Below are positions 13,440 to 29,619 of a stretch of 64,000 nt of DNA, piece by piece. Origin of the DNA: the human T2T-CHM13v2.0 reference genome, Homo sapiens; NCBI RefSeq assembly GCF_009914755.1, contig NC_060929.1, one strand, 5' to 3'. Made by a program: the position numbers and the translations under genes. How positions within the stretch are numbered: the first letter of the stretch is position 1; the number at the start of each line of letters is the position of its first letter. The notes below the pieces were generated by a model, which worked only from the letters and a program-made list of their open reading frames with translations, made no database searches and was not told the DNA's origin.

Positions 13440-13975
13440 TAGATTCTATTTTTAAAATACAGTAAAATTAACTTTTAAAATTGGTGTATAGTTCTATAAA
13501 TTTGAACACATGTGATTCATGTAACCAACACCAAAATCAGGATACAGAACAGTTCCGTCACCCTGAATAACTCCCTCATGCTACCTTTTTGTAGTTACAA
13601 TCTCTCCTCATCCCTAACCTCAGCAACCACTGATTTGTTCTCTGCCATTATACTTTTTTCCATTTGAGACTGTCCCACATGTATACTTATACCATATGTA
13701 ACCTTTTGAACCTGGCTTCTTCTATTCAGCATAATGCCTTTGAGATTCATTACGTATATCAGTAGTTTGCTCCTTTTTACTGCTGATTAGTATTCCATGT
13801 TAATGGATGTACCAGTTTGTTCATTTACTCATTAAAGGGCATTTGAGTTTAGTTACTTGCAGTTTTTGGTGATTATGAATACAGCTGCAAGAAACATTCA
13901 CATATGGGTTTCGTGTGAACATAAGTTTTCATTTTCCATGAGTACATACCTAAGAGTGTGAGTGCTTGGCCATAG
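13440..13975 (-). mobile_element. Ancient L1ME-like 3' end
   Basis: gtgtatagttctataaattt...caggatacagaacagttccgtcacc...gcataatgcctttgagattcat. Confidence 0.7.
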
Positions 13976-14572
13976 CAGCTCCAGCTTACTCTGTAAAACG
14001 GAAATAACAGTACCTACTTAGCCTCACAAAGTATTTTTGCTACTCAAGAGAGACAAATTGGATAACGTAGCATTTAAGAGAATGGGATTTAATGTCGAAA
14101 TCAGTTTGACTTAATTCACAGAGACCTTTTACTTGGTCATTTTTAAAAATTTATCACTGATTTGTAGTTTTCAGCATAGAGATCATGATATGTTTTGTTA
14201 AATTTATTATAAAGTATATTATATTGTATTGTTATTATAAATGATGCTTTAAAAAACGTAATTTCTAATTCTTTGTTACTATTATATTGAAGTACAATAG
14301 ATTTTTCCATGTTGAGCATGTATCTTGCAACCTGTTTTACTCACCTACTAGTTCTTGAATGAAGCCTTTTGCAGATCCTTTGGACATTCTCTGTAGGTAA
14401 TTATATCAACTGTGGATAGAGACAGTTTTGTTTTTATCCTTTCTAACTTATTTGCATTCTATTTCCTTCTCTTGCCTGGCTGCACTAGATGAGCCTCCAG
14501 TATAATGTTGAATAAGAGTGGTGAGCATAGGTATCTTTTTCTTGTTCCATATCTTAGAAGAAAAACATTTAA

Positions 14573-14875
<303 letters not shown>

Positions 14876-15376
14876 ACTACTCTTTCATTGTTAAGTGTGG
14901 TGTTAGCTATAATTTTTTAGATACCTTTTATTAAATTAACAAAGTTCCCTGTCTGTACCTCGTTTGCTGAGCGCTTTCTCTTATGAATCGATGTTGAATT
15001 TTGTCAATTTTGTCACATGCTTGCTTGCTGGGTTTTTTTTTTTTTTTTGGTTCTGTTGGAATGATCATGTGGTGAATTTATACTGATTGACTTTTAAAAA
15101 TTAATAGACTTTATTTTTTAGAGCAATTTTAGGTTTACAGAAAAATTGAATGGAAACTACTCAGATATTCCTGCTCCCCCAATGCAGTTTCTCCCATTGT
15201 TAATATCTTGCATTAATGTGTCCTCACTTCCTCCCTTCCTGCTACCAAACCCCTAGCAACCACTGATCTTTTTACTGTCTCTGTAGTTTTGCCTTTTCCA
15301 GAATGTCATGTAGTTGCTGTCATATAGTATGTGATCTTTTCAGACTGGCTTCTTTCACTTAGTAATATGCACTTAA

Positions 15377-15740
<364 letters not shown>

Positions 15741-17288
15741 TAAATAATATTCTGTTGTATGGTTAGAACCACTGTTTATTCGTTTGCATATTGAAGGACA
15801 TCTTGGTTGCTTCCAAGTTTTGGCGATTATGAATAAAGCTGCTATAAATATTCCTGTGCAGTTTTTTGAGTGGACATAAGCTTTTAACTCATTTGGCATT
15901 GATTGATTGTTGAATGTCTTGAATATTGCATTTGTCAGGTAAACTCCACTTGGTCATGATGCATTATCCTTTTTATATATTATTGGATTGATGTGCTTTC
16001 ATTTTATTGAAGAATTTTGTTTTCTGTTCTTCAGGATCTTAATTTCTTCCTTTTAATGTGTTTTCTAGGTTTGTTTTTAGGTTAATGCTGGCCTTATAAA
16101 GTGAGTTAAATTTTGTTTCCTTCTTTTGAATTTTCTGGAAGCGTTTGTGAAGAATTTGTATTACTTATTTCTTACATGTTGGATATAAATTGCCTGTGAA
16201 GCCATCTGGTCCTGGAGTTTTCCTTGTTGGAAGGCTGGAATTAAAAATTCAAAGATAATAAATTTTTAACCTACAAATTTAATATCTTTGGCAGGTATAA
16301 GACTACTCAGGCTATCTATTTTGTCTTAGGTGAGTTTTGGTAGTTTTTATCTTTTGAGTAGTTTGCCCTTTTTATCTAGTATGTTGAATTTACAGTCATA
16401 AAGTTGTAATACCTCTTCATTATCTTTTTAATGTTTGTACAATTTGTAGTGATATCCTCTCTTTCCTGAATTGATAATTTGTGGCTATTGTTTTCTTGGC
16501 CTATCTGATGAGTGGTTTGTTAATTTTATTGATCATTTTAGAGAATTAGCTTTGAGTTTCACTGATTTTTCTCTGTAAGTTTTTTCCATTGGTTTCAGAA
16601 CTTATCGCTTTCTCTTATATCGTCATCGTTTTCTTCTGCTTTCAATTGGTTTTATATGTTCTTCTAGTTTCTTAAGGTGGCCACTGAGATCATAATTTGA
16701 TCTGTTTATTTTTTAATATACATTTTTAATGTTAAAATTTCTTGTAGGCACTGTTTTGGCCACATTTCACAAATTTTTATCTTAAAATTTTCATGTAACG
16801 AATATATTTTCTTATTTATTTTTTCCTATATGACCTATGTATTTATTTAGAAGTATGTTCTTTACAAATATTTGGAGATTTTCTAGATGGAGATTTTCAT
16901 TGACTTCTAGTTTAATTCTATTATATTCAGAGAACATATTTTATATGATTTCAGTTATTTTAAATGTATTGTAAATTGTTTTATGGCCTAGAGTATGGTG
17001 CAATTTGGTAAATCTTCTGTTTGTGCTTGAGAAAAATGTATTATCTATTTTGCTATTTGGGGTTGAATGTTCTGTAAATGTCAGTTAGCCCAAGCTGGTT
17101 GATAGAGTTGTTCAAGCTTTGTATATTCACACTGATTTTTTTTGTACTTATTCTATCAATTATTGAAAAAAGTATGTTACAGTCTCTGAATACAAGTTTA
17201 CATTTGTCTTTTACTCTTTCCAGTTCTATCAGTTTTTGCTTCATGTATTTTCAATACCTATTGTTAGGTCCTTACACATTTATAATTG

Positions 17289-17845
17289 AAAGATAATAAT
17301 ACAAATTACCCAAAATAAAACACAGAGAGAAAAAAGACCAGAAAAAAAAGAGCAATTAGCAAGCTGTGGGATACCCCCAAGTGGCCTAATATATGTAATT
17401 GGATACCATGAGGGGTAAAGGTCATTTTGCAGGTCAAAAATATTTGAAGAAATAATGGCCAAAAATATTCCAAATTTGATGAAAACTATAAACCCACAGA
17501 CCCCAAATCATCAACAAATTCCAAAAACAAAAAGTGTAGAAAACCACACCAAGGCATATTATTATCAAATTGCTCAAAGCCATTGATAAAGAGAAAATCT
17601 TTATAGAGCTAGAGAAAAAGATACATTACTTACAGAGGAAGAAAGACGAAAATGAGTTCAGGGTTTTTTTTAAAACAAACAATATAAGCTGGAAGACAGT
17701 GGAACAATATCTTTAAAGTACCAAAAGAGAAAGTCTGCCAACCTATAATTTTGTACACAACAAAAATACCTTGTTAAAACAAAGGCAAATGAAGGTTTTT
17801 TCAGACATACTGTACCTGAAAGAATTCATTACACAGAGACCATAA
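17289..17845 (+). mobile_element. L1M ORF1 fragment, inverted relative to the adjacent ORF2
   Basis: tttgaagaaataatggccaaaaatattccaaatttgatgaaaac...ccacaccaaggcatattattatcaaattgc is ORF1-like. Confidence 0.7.
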
Positions 17846-19054
17846 TTCCCTTTCCTCTTCCCTCTACTGGATATCTTATTCCCTGGATTCTGGGCCTTTC
17901 ACCACAGTTTTGTAGCATATATGCTTCAGTAGCCTCCTGAGAAGAGGTTCAAGGCGGATAAAGTTTTTGAGTCTTTGAATGTCTGAAAAGATTTTTATTC
18001 TGTCCTCATTTGGTTGATGTATTTGTTGGGTGTAGTTTCTACTGCAGTCATAGTGAGTAAATGTCTAGAGAAAAGCAAGCAGTAAATTCTATACGAGCTT
18101 AAAAGGAGTAGCCTATGAATTGAGGAAGAGTATATGCATAATGTAGGCTTTGGTAAATGTTTTTAATGTAACCTAATGCTATGGTTTACTGTATTTATGA
18201 ATATATATTTTAAAATGCATGATTACATTGAATAACAGTGTTTTGGCTTTAATAGTAAAGCTTTTTTTCAAATTTAGTCGGTATAAAATTATTTGAGATA
18301 GTCACACATACTTTGTATGTGCCCTATTGACAACAACCAAAGGAATTTCTCCTTTCCATGCAAATGAGGAACACATAGACACAGATGTAAATGTTCTAAA
18401 TCATTATTTCTAGTGATATAAGTTAGGATTGTTTTACTGGAAGATTGTGGTGCTTTTTGAGTGTTGGCTGTGTATTTTAGACAAAGTAGCTGGTAACTAG
18501 GACTAGTTCCAGCTTTACAGGTCACCATGATACCCATATCCATGTCTCTGGTCCCAAGTCATTAGCTGTAAGATAGCCAAAGACCTATGATGTGGCTAGG
18601 TGTGAGAATTCTGCCCCATATAGGCATTCTGTATAGGTTGGTAACAGACCAAACATGGTCAAATTTTTTTCTGTTGAAATTTGAACTCATAGATATATAG
18701 AGAGAGGAAAATATGAGAATAATTAGGGATCAGTAGATGTCCATTTCTAAGAAGTTAGGGTGGCAAGCATGTTGAAAGGTTCCTATTAGAGCACAATAGG
18801 TATTGTTGTGTCCTAAATCACATTCCAGTTGTCTCTATTTTGCAAATGTTGAGTTTTTCGTCTTTCTTCCTGTATCTTTACAGTATTCCCTGGTTACCTG
18901 AGATAACTTGAGCGTAACTGTTCTTTGAAATCTGAGACTAGCTAACATATATACTATGTACTAGATTTTAGAAAATTTTAGGTATCTGAAAATACAACTT
19001 TTTCCTTTCATGTGTTAATTTTGTCTCTTAGAAATTCTTCCTGTTAAATATCAA

Positions 19055-19133
19055 GGAACTCATGACCTCAAGTGATCTGCCCGCCTCAGCCTCCCAAAGT
19101 GCTAGGATTACAGGCATGAGCCACCGTGCTCTG
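19055..19133 (-). mobile_element. Alu 5' fragment
   Basis: gaactcatgacctcaagtgatctgcccgcctcagcctcccaaagtgct. Confidence 0.8.
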
Positions 19134-19139
19134 CTGTCC

Positions 19140-21050
<1,911 letters not shown>

Positions 21051-21317
21051 TTATCTCAATTTTTTGAAGTGTTACTTATACGTTTATAAAAGTTGTGAGC
21101 CAAGAAAAATTTGTGCTGAGGTTTTTATGAAAACATTTACTGCCAAACTATATTTTCTATACTTTCTGTATTTCTGTGTGAGTATATTTAGACACACGTA
21201 TATTTGGATTATCAGTGTGCCAAACATTATTTATAATATCATCTCCTGAATTTTATATTTTATTTTTTTTAGTTAAAAAGAAAATACTGCCTTTTGAATA
21301 TGAAGTTCTCAAACACT

Positions 21318-21387
21318 TTTGAGAAACCAGATCAAAAGAGGTATTAACCAAACTTTGAGAAACCGGATCAAAAGAGGTATTAACCAA
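21318..21387. repeat. 36-bp tandem duplication (two copies, one mismatch)
   Basis: tttgagaaacc(a/g)gatcaaaagaggtattaaccaa at 21318 and 21354. Confidence 0.95.
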
Positions 21388-23651
21388 TTTTAAAGTTGAT
21401 AATTTAAAATTGAGGTTTGCTAATCAGAAATAGAATTTTGCTTATAACTGAAGGGTGTTTTATACCTTTTGTGCTTCCTTTTTAAGAATATTAGTTGGAT
21501 TTTACCTTTTGTTCTAACTTGAGAATCACTGTTTTATTTATTTTTAATTATTGAATTAAAATATAGTAGAGAGAATGAGAAAGCAAACCTCCACATACCT
21601 GAAGCTTACTTTTTACAGTTATACTTGTGGTTAAATATAATTTTCTTCCTAACCCCCAGTTATCTTTCCTATTTTATTTTGAAGCAGGTAACAAACATCT
21701 TGTCAATTTACCTATAAACATTTCAGTATGTATCTTTTAAACACAAGCACTCCTGTTTTTAAATGTAACAATAACACCATCATCATATATAGAAATAAAT
21801 CCCTTAATATCATCAGATATCCAGCCATTCACATTTTCTTGGTTATCGTATAATGTTATAATGTTCTTGTTTATTGGCTGATCTGTTTACTTTTTTTTTT
21901 TTAACAGTTTATGTCTCTATAGATTCTCCCTTTATCTTTTTAAAAGCTGTTCTTCTGATTCCTGATTACCCTCCTTAGATGTCTTTTGCAGCATAGCCCT
22001 CAATTTACTTGAAATTAGCTGTCTGCACCCAGACAGACCCCAGTGAATATTACAGGCCAGTAGCTCCTCATTGTGCTCTGGTAGAATTACTTTGGTAGAA
22101 CTGTATTCAATACAGAGTTCCTTCACTTTCAGCCCCTGCTAGTGGGAATCTGAAGACTGTCAGTATCAGGTGAAAGTTGTAGTTGCCTGTGAGAAATAGG
22201 GAAGGGGCTCATTGGGACACTGACCATGTGTTATTGTTTGGGTTTGTTCTTTTGGTGTTTTCTTTTTGCTGTTTTTTGAAAAACCTGTATTTTGTGTATA
22301 ACCTGTATTAGTGATAACCAGGACTCCCTGTAGTAGCACTAGTGGCATTTTTGAATTTTTTGGACTTGACTGTTAACATTTGCCACTTGCTCTTAGCCTT
22401 GCTCCTCCAATTTTGGGGTTTTCTCAGAACCTATTTTTGGAAAACTATATTGATTCTTTCTAAGCAAGTCTGTTCACTTGTGCTAATTCACAGGCCAGTC
22501 AGCACTGCTAAGTTTGCTTTTCATCTCATCCTGTGTCATTTGTTAATTTTCTCATGTGACAGATAGTTATTGACTACTGCTCTAAGCAAAACATCTGTTT
22601 TATGTATTTCAGAACTTTTGGCCTTAGTGTCTGACCTTTTAATGGTACCTTTGTTTTCTAGCATAGCTGTATCTCCTCTCATATATTCTTTAATAAATTC
22701 AATTGGGTTTTGGGAGATAAAGGAAGTAAACATGAATCATAGGCTATTTTAATCTGAAGTTTTCATATTTAATTTGTAACAAATTGAAAACACATTTTTT
22801 TCATTCATTTTGTTCTCAGCTACTTATAATCTTCCAATCTTTTTAGTGATACTTAAAGTAATGATAACTATTATTTATTAGGTGCTAACTCTGATTACTT
22901 AACATTTTTATAACAACCATGTAACCAGGGATTATTATCCTCATTTTAAATATGAAGTGATTGTTATGTTTCTGAATACTTAAATGTACTTTATATGCAT
23001 GTGCCTGGATATAAAGTAGATGCTGAAAAAGCAGCTATTCAGTGAATTCAGATGTTTACGGACCCAGAGGCATAAAGACAAAAACAAAACAAAATATAAG
23101 AAAACCACAGAAAATGGTTTTTCTGTTAACTAGTTTTACAAAATCTTGAGACAGATGCTTAAGATATACTTTTCTTTTTATTATGGTAAATTGGCCAAAT
23201 TATTCTTCAGGGACTAAAATATTCTCATTAGAAATAGGAGTATCTTTTCATAATGTCACGACGCCTCTAGTGTGGTTCAGGTTTGGATTTGGTTTAGTCA
23301 GTGTCCTAAATATAGTTTCATTGCCAGCCTCAAACTTGTTAAGATACCCAGTCATAAGGATGAATATATCAAAACCTATGTTATCCACTATTATATGTAA
23401 TTGTAATCCTGCATTGTTTTAAATTATCTCACCTCATCATATTTGTATTTAGGATTTAAAATATACTAAAAATTATAATGAATTAGTATGCAGTTAAGTA
23501 GTTATTAAGGATCAAAACAAATGAAATGGTCAGAATTATAAGTCAAGTCTCTTGTTTTTAGTAGCTATTGGAAGATCATGATATATAGCTCTTTTCAATG
23601 TGATATTTTCTCTTTAACATTTGGGAAATTATGAAGACATTTCAGATTTTT

Positions 23652-23665
23652 CCAGTAGATGGCAG
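23652..23665 (+). promoter_or_regulatory. CTCF core motif
   Basis: CCAGTAGATGGCAG matches CCASYAGRKGGCRS exactly, in apparently non-repetitive AT-rich DNA. Binding is not shown. Confidence 0.5.
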
Positions 23666-25429
23666 AATTGTTTTAAACATTTTAGATTCACTGTTAAATT
23701 TTTTTTGAATTGATTTGAAGGAGTAATCATTTCTCTAAAATAACTGGATGTATTTTTTCTTCCAAATAAGCCCTGCACTACTGTTTTATAAACTAACTTT
23801 TAAGATAAAGATTTTTAAATGATAATATGGATCATTCCTAATCAGTAATGCACAATGATAGAAGTGGCAATTATATTTTGAAGAATGGATAAAAAAATTT
23901 TAAATCAAACATTTAGTTTTTTCAATAGTAAGTAACATTCTTTCTTTAGTTATCAGAGATCCAGAGGTCACATGATGTAATCATCACCATGGGCATCATC
24001 AGATTGATAGAATATCCTAAAATATTTTGATTTTAGCTAAAACATGCCTTCGGTTTAGTGATATCTATAAAAAGTTGAACTTACTTTAAAATACTTTGTT
24101 GACTATAAAATAGTAATTTAAAAGTTTTTATACAGGTTGTCTCAGAGTTGTTTGAAGGTTGGATTTTTAATTTTCTGATCTTCATTTTGAAATTTCATGT
24201 CTTATGTTTTCTTCTGAGACTATTTCAAATACTTACTGAATTCCCTTAGTTCGTGTGTATATGTGTTCATGTACTTAAATATTTAATTGTATTTTGTTGA
24301 GGGGAAACAAAAACCCTTCTCCCTTACTTATACAAATAGTACCACATCTGTGTCACACTTTCAAACAGAAAAACAGGAGGATGAAATGTGTTCACAGTCG
24401 TACCTGTCAGTTCTTTATGCTTTATGCTTATGAAGTTAAGGAACCTTAATCTTGAATTCTAGTTTTCCCTGCCATAGAAATATGAAACATTTTAACAGAA
24501 ATGGAACTAATAATGGATGAGTGACTAAGCTGGGTTATGTTTCTAAGTGAGGTTGAAAATATTTCATGTAAGAGAAAAAGAGTTATTTGTCTCCTTTTGT
24601 TTTGAGGGTTTTGTAATTGCTTTATATTAAGAATAGTAGTGTCAATAATAACAATAATGAGAATTAGTATTTCTTAAATACTGTGTATAGGCACTATGCC
24701 TAGCATTTGTTGTGACTCGCTGTATTTGTTGAAGAATATAATAAATGAGGGAAAATAATATGTCTAGTGTTGATTTGTCAATATCACGTAGCTATGAAAC
24801 TCAATTTGCATTCTTTTTGTGTAAAACCCAGTTTCTCTGCATCAGTGTAAATCACATGAAACTATTACTTTTCATACTCCCTCACTTTTCAAAGTACTAC
24901 TCAGTTCAGCAGTTCCTTTCTGCTGCTGTTTGAAGACTTTGTAAGTGTGACTTACTCTGCAAGAGTTGTAAAAGTGAGTTGACAAGGTTGCTTTTGAGAT
25001 TTTTCAATTGAATTGGGTTTGGTAGAGATAGTATCTTCAGAACTATATGTCAGACTTCACTGTTTGATTGTTTGAATAAATTTCCATTCTTATAAAATGA
25101 ATTGGAAATGTACCTGATTTTTTTTAAAATTAGGTTTGTTATTTTTACACTTAAAAGGCTGTTTTTTTGCTTTTATCTTTATTTCCGTTTAGGTGACTGG
25201 TGCCTCCATCTTGTGGTCCAACTCACAAATTGCATCCTTTGCTAGAGATTGTGTTTACACTTTTTTTCCCCTCAGCTGAATAAATGACAGAAAATTATTT
25301 TCTGTTTTATTTATTAAAAATATAACTCCGATTAAGCATACATTACCTTCAAAGAGGACAGAAAGTGCTCAAAAGGGACCACCTAAAGCAACCTGTTCAA
25401 GGATGAAGTCTTGTAAAATAAATTATTAT

Positions 25430-25483
25430 TGTTGATGGTAGTGGTGATGGATGATGGTGGTGGTAGTGGTGGTGGTGGTGGTG
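25430..25483. repeat. Degenerate (GGT/GAT)n trinucleotide repeat
   Basis: Directly visible. Confidence 0.9.
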
Positions 25484-25567
25484 AATGAGAGAGAGGATGA
25501 AGTTCGATTTGCTCTTTATGTTGAAAAATGAAACTTAAAGTCTTCAGCAAAATTTACTGTATAACTT

Positions 25568-26194
<627 letters not shown>

Positions 26195-26224
26195 TTAGCT
26201 AATTATTAGAATTAAGAATGAATC

Positions 26225-26365
26225 AGTATCTGTGGTCCTACTTAGGAAGCTTTGGTAGCAGGATCGCTTGAGCTCAGGAGTTTGAGGTTACAGTTAACTA
26301 TGATTGCATCACTGCACTCCAGCCTGAGTGACACAGCAAGACTCTTTCTCTAAAAAAAAAAAAAT
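26225..26365 (+). mobile_element. Alu right-monomer fragment (FRAM/AluJ-like)
   Basis: ggatcgcttgagctcaggagtttgaggttacag...cactgcactccagcctg followed by an A-tail. Confidence 0.8.
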
Positions 26366-26945
26366 CTTAAAAAAGAATGAATTAAGTACTATTTTTTCCT
26401 CCAGCTTTATTGAAGTTCAATTTATAAATACAAATTGTATATATTTATATTGTTGAGTATGCTTGAACACCATAAATATATGTATACATTGATATATACT
26501 TCGTGATTACCACAATCAAGCTTAGGCAACATATCTTTCACCTCACATAGTTATCTTGGTTTTTTTTTTTTGTAGTGAACAAGTACTGATTTTTTTAACA
26601 TAGGTTTTCTGACAAAACTATGATAGCACAATATGACATTCTTCTTTTCACATTTGTCTCCATGGAATTAACAAAAGTGACTTTTTTTGCAAAAGTTGAA
26701 AGCATCATCAAGTTTTCTAAAGATTTTTATTACTCAGTGATTAATACTGTATTCACTGTCCTTTAAACACCTTTCATGTTCCAATTCTTATTGGTCTAAC
26801 TACCTTGGCCACGTTTTCAATTAGAAAGTAATAATTTTCTCATGAAGCTATATTATTTTCATAGACTTCATGAAACTTTATCTTTTTGAGATTTGCAATT
26901 TTACTTTGCATTCACCTTGTGCTACATTCATAAACATTAGAAAAT

Positions 26946-27573
<628 letters not shown>

Positions 27574-27964
27574 AAGATTGCCTTTTAAAGATGAGGTAGA
27601 GATTCTAATATTGAGTAGATATCTAAATGTCCCCTGATATAAGTTACATAGTGAAGATTTTTATTTACCTTGAAACTATTGTTTTCCTACACGTACTAGG
27701 AACTTCAGTTACTCTGTTAATGAGTACACAGTCAGTGAGGAATTCTTGGATGTAAATAAGTCTGCAACTTGCCTTCCCCTCACTGGCAAGATTTTTGAAA
27801 AGGGAGTCAACCTACTGACTTCATCTCTCATCTAGAATTCATCTTTCCATAAGTGTTGTACATTGTACTGCATTTCCCATTTGGATTATAGGCGATTGCT
27901 TGTATAGCTAGGTCCCTGACTCTGTGTTCTTCTGGACATTTTCTAGATTGTAGCAGGTATTCAG

Positions 27965-28512
27965 CAAAACTTGTTCATCCATCTGACTGATATTTATTGT
28001 ATACCTTGTAGGCCAGGCACAGTTCTAGGCATTTGAGATACTATATTAATAAGCAGAATACTGAAAAATCCGTGGCTTTACTGAGCTTACATTGAAGCTG
28101 AAGGAATCAGATGGTTTTAAAAACTGTCATAGTTGTTACAGTGTGGTAAGTGTCAAGAGAAAAGAAAAACTAGGTTAGAGTTGAGATCAGAAGTGTTGGC
28201 TGTAGAGAGTGGGTTGAAATCTTAAATGTGATGGTTAGGGTAGATTCATTGAGAAGGTGATATTTGAACAAAGACTTGAAGGGAGTGAGGAAGTTAGCTA
28301 AGTGAATATCTGGAGTAAGAGCACACCAATCAGAGGGAATAGCAGTATACATTTTGCTTTCACTGTGAATAAAATGGAGAATTATTCCAGGGTTTTTAGC
28401 AAAGGAGTTACATAATCTAATTTATGATTTTAAAAGGATTGCTGAATTTTTTTTTAATTGAGAATAGACTGTAGCAGGCAGAGATTGAAGCAGGGAGATC
28501 ATTTAAGAGGCT
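27965..28512 (-). mobile_element. LINE-2 relic (3' part)
   Basis: atttattg...ggccaggcacagttctaggc...gagaaggtgatatttgaacaaagacttgaagg. Confidence 0.75.
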
Positions 28513-28664
28513 TTTTTGATGTTGTTTTTGTTTTAACTCTTCAACAATTTTAGACTTACAGAAAAGTTGCAAGAATAATACAAAGAATTCTCACATACTT
28601 TCCCCAAATCAACCAAATGTTACTGTTATACCACATTTGGTTCATCTTTCCAATTTTTAAGATT

Positions 28665-29275
28665 TATTTTTTAAATTAACAAATAAGATGTATATATTTA
28701 TGATGTATAGCATAATGTTTTGATATATGTATATATTGTGGAATGGCTAACTCAAGCTAATTAACATATGTATTACCTCATAATTTTTTTTTGTGGTGAG
28801 AACACTTAAAATCTCTCTTAGCACTTACAAAGTGTACAACACTTTTTTTTTTTTTTTGGAGACCGAGTCTCACTCTGTTGCCCCGGCTGGAATACAGTGG
28901 TGCTATCTTGGCTCACCGCAACCTCTGCGTCCCAGGTTCAAGCGATTCTCCTGCTTCAGCCTCCTAAGTACCTGGGATTGCAGGCGTGCACCACCATGCC
29001 TGGCTAACTTTTATATTCTTTGGTAGAGACAGGGTTTCACCATGTTGGTCAGGCTGGTCTTGAACTCCTGACCTCAAGTGATCTGCCTGCCTTGGCCTAC
29101 CAAAGCGCTGGGATTACAGGTGTGAACTACCGCGCCCGGCCACATAACGTTGATTACCATTACCATGTTGTACAATGGAACTCTTGAACTTACTCCGTCC
29201 TGTCAAAGAATGTTCATATCCTTTGACCAACATTTCCCCAATACCTACCACCCACCAGACTCTGGTAACTCCTCC
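28665..29275 (-). mobile_element. L1MA-like 3' end with a nested Alu (~28843-29140)
   Basis: atattgtggaatggctaactcaagctaattaacatatg; an antisense Alu interrupts it. Confidence 0.8.
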
Positions 29276-29404
29276 TGTTCCTGCCCTTTTTTGACCCAGG
29301 TGCCTTACCATTTTCAGATGACCTTCATCAACTAAATCCTTTGTCACGTATTTTCTGTCCGTTCCTCATGTTATGGTTGTTGCTATGTCTGAGAATAGTT
29401 TAAT

Positions 29405-29522
29405 GCAGTACTAGGAAGAGGTTCCCAAACCTGGCCAATTGTCAGAATTTCCCCAAACACACTAACATAATTAGAATCTCCCCAGGTTTTTCCGATTTTT
29501 CAACTAGGTCTAGGAACCACTA
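29405..29522. mobile_element. MER5-like hAT-Charlie MITE relic
   Basis: gaggttcccaaacctggc...agaatc...ggtctaggaaccact with inverted ends. Confidence 0.55.
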
Positions 29523-29619
29523 ACATGACAGATACAGAAGACAGAAAAATTGTACTGACCTGAGCCCATACCTAAAGTAAATGATTTCAAATCTGACTTG
29601 ACATAGCTGAGAACATAAT

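Noticed and set aside
21318-21387. 36-bp repeat as a CRISPR-like array
   Set aside because: Two adjacent copies with no spacer, in mammalian DNA.
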